The notes: generated by a model not told the origin, from the letters alone. A stretch of 64,000 bases of DNA from Candidatus Undinarchaeota archaeon (GCA_964636545.1 CAZWSR010000002.1:47130-111129); one strand, 5' to 3'. Positions 30,008 to 38,487 are shown, counted from the first letter of the stretch. Numbers and translations are program-made.

Positions 30008-30596
30008 AAATAAGCAAATTTCCCCAAAACAAGGAAATAATCGCTATTGCCAACCCTATTCCCCAATATGTTCTATTCCACTCCAAAACTTTTCTTCCAT
30101 CTAATGGTCCAAATGGAATTAAATTAAACAAAGCTAAAAATGCATTAACATAAACTCCAGTTCCAGCAACTGCTACAACAAGTGGATCAACTGCAAAAAG
30201 TCCAATCAATCCAAAAACACCAATCAAACCCAAATTTACTAGTGGTCCAGCAAATCCAATTTTCCCAACATCGCTTTTGCTCCCATGCTTTCCTCCAAAA
30301 TAAACAGCTCCTGGTGCAATAAACAAGAACTTAGTCCCAAACCAATTTGTTACAATTGCCATCACAAGAGCTGCAATCAAACCTTTCTTCCACATCCGAT
30401 ACTCTGCATTGAAACCGAATTTCTGAGCAGCGAATTTGTGTCCAAGTTCATGAAAAGCAAAAGCAGGCGCAACAACAATCAAAGCAAGAACAGACATTAC
30501 CAAAGTCATTACCATATCTGACTGCCAACCAATAGCAAGTGAAATAACTAGAATTGAAATTGCAAGTTCTTTTATTTCAATTTTGGAAAATTTCAC
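30006..30596 (-). CDS. Site-2 protease (M50 family)
   Basis: HELGH, AGPLVN, FNLIPFGPLDG. Confidence 0.92.
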   Translation of the reverse strand: MKFSKIEIKELAISILVISLAIGWQSDMVMTLVMSVLALIVVAPAFAFHELGHKFAAQKFGFNAEYRMWKKGLIAALVMAIVTNWFGTKFLFIAPGAVYFGGKHGSKSDVGKIGFAGPLVNLGLIGVFGLIGLFAVDPLVVAVAGTGVYVNAFLALFNLIPFGPLDGRKVLEWNRTYWGIGLAIAIISLFWGNLLI

Positions 30597-30781
30597 TCTA
30601 CACTCTTAACTTCTATTGGTTTTCCTAAAATAAGTTCTGCTGCTCGTACAACAGATCCTCCAGGACCAATTGCTCTTCCAATTTTGTCCTTGGAAACATA
30701 AACAGTTAGTTTTTCATCAGCGGTTTCAAGTTTTTCAACAACTACATCAAGCATTCTTTCTAAATCTGTGGTCTCTGTCAT
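30593..30781 (-). CDS. Single KH-domain (NusA-like) protein
   Basis: KIGRAIGPGGSVV GxxG loop. Confidence 0.75.
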   Translation of the reverse strand: MTETTDLERMLDVVVEKLETADEKLTVYVSKDKIGRAIGPGGSVVRAAELILGKPIEVKSVE

Positions 30782-30889
30782 ATCAAAATCACCAAATTGA
30801 CATATGTAACCGGTATTTAAATGGTTTTCCTAACCACAAAAATATATAAACACTAAAGTAAAACAGATTGCACCGAGAGGGGATTAAAA

Positions 30890-31234
30890 ATGGCTGTATG
30901 TAATTTAACTGAATTAATGGGAAAGGATGTCTACACACGCAACGCAAAGTTCGTTGGGAAAATAGACGACACTATGATAGATACTGAGAAGGGTAACTTA
31001 TACGGAGTAGCTGTTGGTTTGACAAAAGAAAGTTTCTTGTCAAAAGCACTAACAGGCTCTGAAGCTGGAGTCCGCAAGTCAATCTTGATTCCATACCGCG
31101 AAATTATTTCTGCAGAGGACATAATTATTGTTACAGTTCCAAAGCAGTATGAGCGACCAGAAGATGTTGCAACACCAACCGACGAGGCTGAAGAAATTAT
31201 CTTGCCTGGTGTTGGCGGAAGCGAAGAAATTTAA
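30890..31234 (+). CDS. PRC-barrel protein (CdpB-like)
   Basis: LMGKDVYT...FVGKIDD..ID; LIPY..I.SAEDIIIV. Confidence 0.85.
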   Translation: MAVCNLTELMGKDVYTRNAKFVGKIDDTMIDTEKGNLYGVAVGLTKESFLSKALTGSEAGVRKSILIPYREIISAEDIIIVTVPKQYERPEDVATPTDEAEEIILPGVGGSEEI

Positions 31235-31267
31235 GGAATTTATTTGTGTTTGAATAGTTTGAGCTAG

Positions 31268-32947
31268 CTAGGTCTCTATCTCCACTTCATATACCTCAAC
31301 CCACCACAACGCATCCTTGTTACCCTCTTTTGCAAGAGCTATTAAATATGTTTTTACAGTCTCTTTCATAATTCCACCAGTAATCACTTTCAGCTCTCGC
31401 GCAATTACTCCTGGTGTGATCTTTTTTCTCCACTCTTTCTCATCCATCTTTCGGATGTTCTGTATATAATTAAGGATGTATGACTCACGGTAGCTTTTAG
31501 CCAGTTTCCTGTTGTGAACCATAATCCACCAGGATGCTTCATCCACCCCTCTCTCTGCCATTCTTGCCATAGCATTTTTTATCACAGCATTTGAAGAGTA
31601 TATTTCACGAGATTTCAGGAATTTTATTACCTCTTTAAAAAATGTTTTGCGCTTCCAGTCCTTTTCTGACTCATTTATTCTCACTCGTTTCAAATACTGA
31701 AGAATAGTGATTTCAAGCAGTTTATCTCTGTCCAACTGTTTGTGATTTTTTAACCACCACTTTGCTACTGCAATATTTTCTCCCCCCAAATATTCCAAAT
31801 GATTTATTATAGCATCTATTTTTCCGTTTTCTACTCCCATCTCTTTTATGAAACTTTCTAGTCTGCTGGCGCCTGTTTCCTTCACCCATTTTATTCTCGG
31901 CATATTCTCTTGCACAGTTTTGATATAGCAAACCAGTAGCTGATTCATGATAGACATTATCTTTTCATTATCCCAAACAGGAACTGCGATTAAAAGGTCT
32001 TCCCTCTTTATTGTAAGCTTCCAACAATCCTCTTCTTTTTTTATTATCCTAGACCGTTTCAGCATATTGAACAAGTGTTCATGTTTTGCTTTAATCCAGC
32101 CATTTTCATTGCGTCCTCTTGTATATGTGAATGCTAGAATATCTCTGTCTTTGCATGTTTCTCTCAGGTTCTTCCATAAGATATTTTCAGGATCTGCTTT
32201 TACTTTCTCAATCAAGATCTTTAGCAAGTATAAGTAACTTGGATTTAGTTTTGAAAGTTTTCTAAGTGTTTTCTTATCTAATGTAATCACTTTTGGATTC
32301 GGATTTGTTAACTGTTTTATTTCCTTTTGTTTTTTCTCTGGTTTTTCTTCAGATCCGTGAAGCCCCTGCCACCAAATCGTCTCATCCACTCTTTGGCTTG
32401 AAAGTTTGTCAATATATTTTCGGACACTTCTTTCATCTAATCTTTTTAGTCCTTTTTTCCTTAGAAGTTTGGTTATCTTTTCAATTCCAGTTTCTTTCTG
32501 CTTTTTCTCCTTACCCCATCGTTTCTCCATGACTTCTGCAAGATAACAAATAATGAGCTGTTCTTCGATACTAAAAAGTCCTTCTATACTCTCTCCTGGA
32601 ATAGCTACTAAAATTTCCTCTGGGCTTATCTTCAAATAAGCGCCACCTGCTTTTCTATCCCACTCAACTATTCCTGCTCGTTTCAAATGGTTATAAAACT
32701 GGCGCGGATGCACGGTTATGTCACTACTTGCCTCGCCAGTGGAGAAAAAGATTTTGAATACTTGAACTTTTACACCTTCACAAGTTCTGCTAAAATCTAC
32801 CCATCTTACTTTTTCAGGATCTGGTTTTACAACTGTTATCAGCCGTTTCAACAAAAACAGATTTGTTTTACTCAGGCGAGCTAATTTTTTTATTATATCT
32901 TTTGGCAAACTCCAGATGTGGGGATCAATTTGTTTTATAGATGTCAT
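31268..32947 (-). CDS. Basic orphan protein with internal domain repeats
   Basis: Two copies of a roughly 180-aa unit and four WW-ending helical modules. Confidence 0.75.
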   Translation of the reverse strand: MTSIKQIDPHIWSLPKDIIKKLARLSKTNLFLLKRLITVVKPDPEKVRWVDFSRTCEGVKVQVFKIFFSTGEASSDITVHPRQFYNHLKRAGIVEWDRKAGGAYLKISPEEILVAIPGESIEGLFSIEEQLIICYLAEVMEKRWGKEKKQKETGIEKITKLLRKKGLKRLDERSVRKYIDKLSSQRVDETIWWQGLHGSEEKPEKKQKEIKQLTNPNPKVITLDKKTLRKLSKLNPSYLYLLKILIEKVKADPENILWKNLRETCKDRDILAFTYTRGRNENGWIKAKHEHLFNMLKRSRIIKKEEDCWKLTIKREDLLIAVPVWDNEKIMSIMNQLLVCYIKTVQENMPRIKWVKETGASRLESFIKEMGVENGKIDAIINHLEYLGGENIAVAKWWLKNHKQLDRDKLLEITILQYLKRVRINESEKDWKRKTFFKEVIKFLKSREIYSSNAVIKNAMARMAERGVDEASWWIMVHNRKLAKSYRESYILNYIQNIRKMDEKEWRKKITPGVIARELKVITGGIMKETVKTYLIALAKEGNKDALWWVEVYEVEIET

Positions 32948-33070
32948 CTACTATACTAATCCAGACAAAGTTATATATAATCTTTTCTCAAAATTCCAAA
33001 AAATAAAAATAACAACCAACAACATCTTACTGCTGTTGGTCCTTGGAAGTTTTTGTTTAAACTTTTTCCT

Positions 33071-33508
33071 TTATTCTGCAGGTGCTTCTTCTGGCGCTGG
33101 CTCTTCAGCTGGAGCAGCTTCCTCAGCCGGAGCTTCAGGTGCTGGCTCTTCTGCTGGCGCCTCAGCTTCAGGAGCAGGTTCAGCTGGTGCTTCCTCTGCT
33201 GGAGCTTCTTCCGCTGGTGCGGTTTCTGCTTCAACTGGTGCGTCTGCTGCTGGTTCTGCTGGTGCAGCTCCTGCTAGCGCAGCCATCTCCTTAACTTTTG
33301 CGCACACGAAGTCAATTACTTCAGGTGCATCCGGAATTGTAAAGCTCTTTTTGAACCTCTTAGATCCGTCCGGCGCAAAGAAACCACGTGAGATCGCAAT
33401 GAACTCGTTGGTTCCTTCTGGTGCAATAGCTCTCTTTCGAGCAACTTCAAGGAAGTTGTTGTTTCCAAAGGGAACTTCTTCTGCTTTTATTGTTTCAAAT
33501 TCTACCAT
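33071..33508 (-). CDS. PC4/whirly-like domain protein with an acidic Ala-Pro-Glu tail
   Basis: FGNNNFLEVARK...FIAISRGF...RFKKSFTIP beta-rich domain followed by AEEAP repeats; fold assignment is inference. Confidence 0.65.
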   Translation of the reverse strand: MVEFETIKAEEVPFGNNNFLEVARKRAIAPEGTNEFIAISRGFFAPDGSKRFKKSFTIPDAPEVIDFVCAKVKEMAALAGAAPAEPAADAPVEAETAPAEEAPAEEAPAEPAPEAEAPAEEPAPEAPAEEAAPAEEPAPEEAPAE

Positions 33509-33613
33509 TTTCTTTTTCCTCCATAGTAACATCCAAAGAACTCTAGAATTTTCCTAGGTTTGAATTGTAACTTTTTGCAATCTAGAACTATCTTAAGTTA
33601 TTTAAAAAGTTTC

Positions 33614-34549
33614 CTATTCTTCTTGCTGGTTTTCTTCCTCTTTCCCAATTTTCAAAAGATCACCTAACTCAATTCCTTCTGGCAACATCTCCTCAGTCCC
33701 ACCAATTTCTTCTTTCAGCATCCCAACAATAATGTCGGCAACTCCCAAAAACCCAGTGCAGTCGCACATTTTCATATCTCCAGGCCGAACAGCGCATAAT
33801 TTCATATTAAATAATTCATCAGCACCTTGCATTTCCTCTTCATCAAATCCTTCTAATGTCAGCACACCAAGAATGTATGCATCACCATTCAATTCAGCAA
33901 TTGTGGCGCTCTTGAGTCTATATCCTGGATATTCCTCAAGTAAAAATTCCAATTTCTCTGGATTACTGTACTGCGTTGCGTTTTCTCCAAACAAAGTCCC
34001 CATCTCCATTTCTTTCAATACACTGCGAGTCTGCAAACAAGTTGGATCTTCTGGCTTGAATATTCCACCAATTACTGGCAAATCAAATTTCTCCCGAACT
34101 GGTTGAGGAACAACGAATCCAATAATAATTGCAACCAAGAGAACAACTAACAGCGCCGCTCCAATAATTCTTTTGTTATCTAAAAATAACCTACTGATGA
34201 ATGATTTCCCCATTTTCTTCTGATGATGTGTTTTTCTATAAAACATCAGGAAAAAGCTTATTGAAGAAATAATTGATAAACCAACTCCTGTAACGAAAAT
34301 CTTCAAAGGAGCTTGTATGAACACTGGTAGGTCCCAGAAATTCGGCAAAAATACGCCTAAATGGAATGAGATGAAAAATATGATGCTTCCGAGCACAATT
34401 CTGGCCACCATTCGATAACTCCATGAGATTTTGGGTAGTCCGTGCCTTGCTAATGAGCCGTAAAACAGTATGAGTGACAGCGATCCTAATACAGTTCCCC
34501 AAGTTATGAGTGCAGGGAGGTACTGAATCAGTTTGGTTAAATCAGGCAT
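33614..34549 (-). CDS. Membrane protein with a soluble C-terminal domain
   Basis: Four TM helices then a Cys-containing domain; start ATG 34549. Confidence 0.7.
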   Translation of the reverse strand: MPDLTKLIQYLPALITWGTVLGSLSLILFYGSLARHGLPKISWSYRMVARIVLGSIIFFISFHLGVFLPNFWDLPVFIQAPLKIFVTGVGLSIISSISFFLMFYRKTHHQKKMGKSFISRLFLDNKRIIGAALLVVLLVAIIIGFVVPQPVREKFDLPVIGGIFKPEDPTCLQTRSVLKEMEMGTLFGENATQYSNPEKLEFLLEEYPGYRLKSATIAELNGDAYILGVLTLEGFDEEEMQGADELFNMKLCAVRPGDMKMCDCTGFLGVADIIVGMLKEEIGGTEEMLPEGIELGDLLKIGKEEENQQEE

Positions 34550-34624
34550 AATAGTGTAATATCCAGCAACTGTTTTTAAGGTTATTGGAAAGATATAAAA
34601 CAAATCAAAACTAGTTAATTAAGC

Positions 34625-35197
34625 ATGACTTCCTTGCTTGAAAAAGAATTAGAATTCATTAAAAGTATAGATTGGTTACAATCAATTAAACTTCGTCCAA
34701 GTATTGAGGGAAAGGTTTGGAGGCATGCTGCCAAATTTTTTGACTTGCTGGAATTGAAGAAGCAATGGGGCCGCCCACTATTTTCAATAAATTTATATAG
34801 ATTCACCTGGGAAGAGCTTAAGAAACCTGACGACGATCCAGCTTTCTTCAAAAGAGACATTGAGGGGATTAATAATATTCGCAAGCGAACCGGCTTTAAT
34901 GTTGCTGTTCCACAGAATAAGATGTATATTGTTAGGAAGGCTCAGCAGTCTGCTGCAAAGAAATTGTCTAAATACAAACATATTCTTGGGAAAGAGTATA
35001 AATACCTATTAAAAACTGCTTTTTTTGATATTCATGGTGCGATTGCTTGCGCTTTTTACGAAATTCCTCAATTAAAAAACCCATTCCACCAATTTCTATC
35101 TATTTGGAAATTCGGTTTTTATCCAGTTGGGCCAGTTTATCAGACAATTTCTCCTCGTAAATTAAATATGTTTTTTTATTTTGTTCCTAAAAAGTAA
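34625..35197 (+). CDS. Hypothetical protein
   Basis: 190-aa ORF ending NPF...IWKFGFYPVG. Confidence 0.65.
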   Translation: MTSLLEKELEFIKSIDWLQSIKLRPSIEGKVWRHAAKFFDLLELKKQWGRPLFSINLYRFTWEELKKPDDDPAFFKRDIEGINNIRKRTGFNVAVPQNKMYIVRKAQQSAAKKLSKYKHILGKEYKYLLKTAFFDIHGAIACAFYEIPQLKNPFHQFLSIWKFGFYPVGPVYQTISPRKLNMFFYFVPKK

Positions 35198-35217
35198 TTT
35201 TTAATCAAAAATCACCC

Positions 35218-35236
35218 TGTCTATACACCTGTATAG
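35218..35236 (+). repeat. Left 19-bp inverted repeat TGTCTATACACCTGTATAG
   Basis: Exact reverse complement at 38880-38898. Confidence 0.9.
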
Positions 35237-35337
35237 GTGGTGGGTTGTGGGTAGTAGGTAGTGGGTAGTGGCAAGAATTAAAGAGTAGAGAATCACGCCT
35301 CAGCATACTGGTTTTTAATCGCGGTTATGTAATCTCT

Positions 35338-35364
35338 TATTTATTATCTATATGGTAAATAATT
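35338..35364 (-). repeat. 27-bp near-palindromic site, copy 4
   Basis: Reverse complement AATTATTTACCATATAGATAATAAATA, 25/27 identical to copies 1 and 2. Confidence 0.85.
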
Positions 35365-35397
35365 GTAATACTTTTGAATTCTGCCTTATTTCCCACA

Positions 35398-35835
35398 CTC
35401 ACAAATTTATACTTGATTCTAAACTCTAAATTCCAAACTCCAAACTCCATTCTACTTCTCACAAACTGGATTTTTACGAACAAACTCAGACCCCTGTCCT
35501 TTTCATATCTCACAAATAACCCCGAAACAGCTATATAGCTCCAGGCTATACTGATATATCTCACAAAGCGCCGGTAGTTTAGCCTGGTATGACCCGAGCT
35601 TCCCAAGCTCGAAACTCGAGTTCAAATCTCGGCCGGCGCACTCTCACAATCCTTATTTCTTACCCTCATAGCACACCATATTGGTGTGAAAATAACTCTC
35701 ACAAACGAACATTTCAGTTATTTTTCGGTATGGCGCATGCTATCGGTTTCTGAAAAACGTTGTTTTAATGTATTAAACGTATCTGATCACAGCTAAAACC
35801 TATATCCTCAACAATATAAATTATAGGTCTCACAA
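35398..35835 (+). repeat. CTCACAA array, left arm (7 copies)
   Basis: Copies at 35398, 35458, 35509, 35560, 35643, 35698, 35829. Confidence 0.85.
35568..35640 (+). tRNA. tRNA-Gly(CCC)
   Basis: Acceptor GCGCCGG/CCGGCGC; anticodon arm CGAGC-TTCCCAA-GCTCG; T loop TTCAAAT. Confidence 0.95.
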
Positions 35836-36133
35836 CCAACTCCCCCAATACCTGACAAATGTCATGTTTACCATAAAACACCACATTTTGCTCCAAAAAC
35901 CACCCTTTTTCTCACTTTTCTTGTATTTTCCTCATTTTTCCTGTATTTTCCCCAAATCTCACTAAACTCCACCACATTAGTGACAAACGTCACTCTTTAG
36001 GTATTTTTTTCTCCTACTGCCCAGTGCCCACTACCTACTGCCAACATTTCCTCTATTATCGCAACGTTTTCCTACAAAAACCAATAACAACAAAAATGTC
36101 AGGTCATCAAACCGCTAACAAGAAATATGTCAT

Positions 36134-36259
36134 CTTACATATCTTACACATTTTAGTGACATATAGACCCTTTGCCCTACAAAAAAAACCGATAGCAAGA
36201 GAACAACACCGATAGCAGTAAACTGTCCGATATGTAAGCTTACATATCTTACACATTTT
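36134..36259 (+). repeat. 21-bp direct repeat CTTACATATCTTACACATTTT (36134, 36239) enclosing two ACCGATAGCA copies (36188, 36208)
   Basis: Exact matches read from the sequence. Confidence 0.85.
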
Positions 36260-36297
36260 TCGAAAGGTTTATAAAGGATAAACCACTACCCCTCGGT

Positions 36298-36846
36298 ATG
36301 AAACTATTCTCTTTTTTCAAGAAAAAAGCCAAAAATGTGTCCGATATGTCAGGTGAAGTGTCAGATGACACATCAGATATGTCAGATGACAAATCTTACA
36401 CTTCAGAAGTGACAAATGCCACTGTTTCACGCGAAGATCCGCTTTTTTCCATTTCCAGACAATTAACTCAGGTTCAATACGAATTACGTGAAATTAAACC
36501 ACTAATCGAGTCCAGTACTCAAAGTTTACGAGAAGATCACTATCGATTACTTGAAGAACAAGCAAAAAGTGTTGAAGAATACAAAAAACACCTCTCATAC
36601 AAGCGCGAAAACCTGAAGCAAGCGAAGGATAAGGTCGAAAAAGAGCTCAAACATGTTGAAGTTGATGCCAAAATCTTAGATCATGTTTCAATTGCTCCAA
36701 AACGTACTATTGAAATTTCTGAAGATTTGAAAATTAGTCGTGGTTACGCTGCTGAACGAATAAAAGCTTTGCTTGAAGCAGGGCAAATTACTCGCTTCAA
36801 ACAAGGTCGAAAAGCATATTATAGAATTCCAAAACCAGAAAATTAG
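36298..36846 (+). CDS. Coiled-coil protein with C-terminal winged helix
   Basis: S/D/T-rich N-terminus, heptad region, TIEISEDLKISRGYAAERIKALLEAGQITRFKQGRKAYY wHTH. Confidence 0.8.
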   Translation: MKLFSFFKKKAKNVSDMSGEVSDDTSDMSDDKSYTSEVTNATVSREDPLFSISRQLTQVQYELREIKPLIESSTQSLREDHYRLLEEQAKSVEEYKKHLSYKRENLKQAKDKVEKELKHVEVDAKILDHVSIAPKRTIEISEDLKISRGYAAERIKALLEAGQITRFKQGRKAYYRIPKPEN

Positions 36847-36854
36847 GTCGCTTA

Positions 36855-36962
36855 CTACTTCTTTTGTCTCTCTGCCTTAGCCTTTCTTTTACGTGTTCTT
36901 TTCTTCTTAGTTCGCCTACGCATACTACCCTTCTTCTTCATTTTGTTAGGTGCCATCTTCAT
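36855..36962 (-). CDS. rpl41e: Probable ribosomal protein eL41/eS32-like small basic protein
   Basis: MKMAPNKMKKKGSMRRRTKKKRTRKRK resembles the archaeal L41e pattern KKKGxMRxxxxKKRxR; TATA-like TTTATAAA upstream. Confidence 0.55.
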   Translation of the reverse strand: MKMAPNKMKKKGSMRRRTKKKRTRKRKAKAERQKK

Positions 36963-37041
36963 AGTGGCTTCTTGTTGAGACAACTGGTTTATAAAACTTC
37001 CTATATTCTTTAGTACAATAAATTTAATTCTCACAAACTCC

Positions 37042-37148
37042 GCCTTGCCGCGGACAATGTGCAGGCATTGAAGTTGGTTACTGCACAAGTCTCAAACCTT
37101 CGGTTTGAGAGGATGGCATGAGGGCATTCACGCTTCGCGTGAAGCCCT
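37042..37148. other. Cluster of three GC-rich hairpins (candidate structured RNA or ssDNA signal)
   Basis: TGTGCAG/CTGCACA; TCTCAAACC-TTC-GGTTTGAGA; AGGGC(A)TTCACGC-TTC-GCGTGAAGCCCT. Confidence 0.65.
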
Positions 37149-37171
37149 GTCTTGAAATTGGTTCGTTCTAC

Positions 37172-37765
37172 TTAGTCGCTTCCTCTCGCTTTTGCAGTCT
37201 GAACCAATGAATTATACTCATTAGCAATATGCTCCCAAAACTTACTAAACTGCGTACTTGGTCTCACAATTTTCTTGTAATATTTCTGTTTTGAATGTTC
37301 ATGATGGAATTCTTCACGCTCTAATCTTACCATCCCAACTCTCCTCAATCTGGGCAAGATCACGTTGTAAAACGTAGCTTTTGAGAACCCTTTCTCTCGA
37401 ATAAACGCCCCAATCTCGTCTCCTTTCAATACCTGTCTCTCAAATAACCTATTCATAAACTCTAGGGCTGTCAAGTGGTACTTTTGCTGATATTTTGGAG
37501 GAAAAACCAGCTCTAGTATCTGGTTTAGCTCAACCCTCACATTCTTATGATATGCCCAATCTGACCTCAATCTTTTAACATCATCAAACCACATTGACTC
37601 TTTGCTTGGCACACCTCGACTTGCAGGTCCCCTCGCTGAAAAAGTTGGTTTTTTGCCTTCATCTCTCTCCACAACTTGCACAACCTCGGATGCATATTCA
37701 ATATCATTATGGTGTTTTTGGTCCATAGTCGCCGGTATGCTATCTTGGTATTTAAAACTTACCAT
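37172..37765 (-). CDS. Conserved-looking winged-helix protein
   Basis: EIGAFIREKGFSKATFYNVILPRLRRVGMVRLERE HTH-wing pattern. Confidence 0.75.
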   Translation of the reverse strand: MVSFKYQDSIPATMDQKHHNDIEYASEVVQVVERDEGKKPTFSARGPASRGVPSKESMWFDDVKRLRSDWAYHKNVRVELNQILELVFPPKYQQKYHLTALEFMNRLFERQVLKGDEIGAFIREKGFSKATFYNVILPRLRRVGMVRLEREEFHHEHSKQKYYKKIVRPSTQFSKFWEHIANEYNSLVQTAKARGSD

Positions 37766-37990
37766 TATGGTAAACTCTGGGCCAAGTAAGAAATTAAAAA
37801 ATCGTCTTCCGGTCTAGTGTAATGGTGTGATATCACTTTTTTGGTTGACAGGGGCTAGGGTATGCGATTAAACAAGTATTTTTTATGAAAACTTAGCAAA
37901 AAACCTGATCCCAGTTTATCATAATGGTGTTATTCCACTATTTCCTAAAATCAAATTTCTACAACTTCAAAATAACACCACAATGGTGTT

Positions 37991-38302
37991 TTACTCACTT
38001 TCTGGAATATTTTCTTCAGTTCTTTGCGCTAAACTCTTGAAAAGCAAATTTTCAAAGTCATTTGCCAGTGCATTTCCAGCTTCAGTCAAACTTATGTATT
38101 TTACACGGCCATCCCTGTTAAATTCAACAAGTTTGTGATCTTGCATCTTTTGTAGCAATTTTACAGTGTGTGCGTACGTACAATCTATTCTTTTTGCTAA
38201 ATTTGATGCATATGCCTCTGGATGTGCCTGTTTGATGTGTACAAGCAGTCTAGCTGGCTTTTTTCTAAGAAACATCTCTTCTAATTCAATATTTGTTTTC
38301 AT
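37991..38302 (-). CDS. MarR-like winged-helix regulator
   Basis: YASNLAKRIDCTYAHTVKLL...LVEFNRDGRVKYISLTEAG; start ATG 38302 after a GGGG RBS. Confidence 0.85.
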   Translation of the reverse strand: MKTNIELEEMFLRKKPARLLVHIKQAHPEAYASNLAKRIDCTYAHTVKLLQKMQDHKLVEFNRDGRVKYISLTEAGNALANDFENLLFKSLAQRTEENIPESE

Positions 38303-38487
38303 AATTTTACCCCCTGATGAACAACATCTCAAAAGTGAGAGTTGTCTTTTCTATCTTCCAACACAAGTTTTGGAATTATAAGTATTGTAATGTATCTTTA
38401 GTATTTATTCTTTTTCCAGTGACAATTGTCAGCAAATATCAAAACCGATAGCAAGCGAACCGTTCAATTTATTACCCAAAATCTCGT

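Noticed and set aside
32916-33557. Ala/Gly/Ser-rich 213-aa ORF on + (also 27053-27367, 19529-19714, 24183-24518)
   Set aside because: Antisense shadows of low-complexity genes on the opposite strand
35398-35835. CRISPR array suggested by the semi-regular CTCACAA spacing
   Set aside because: The repeat core is only 7-9 bp, spacing is irregular, a tRNA lies inside, and there are no cas genes
37042-37148. SRP RNA or RNase P RNA
   Set aside because: Too short, and the conserved SRP helix 8 and RNase P P4 motifs are not recognisable
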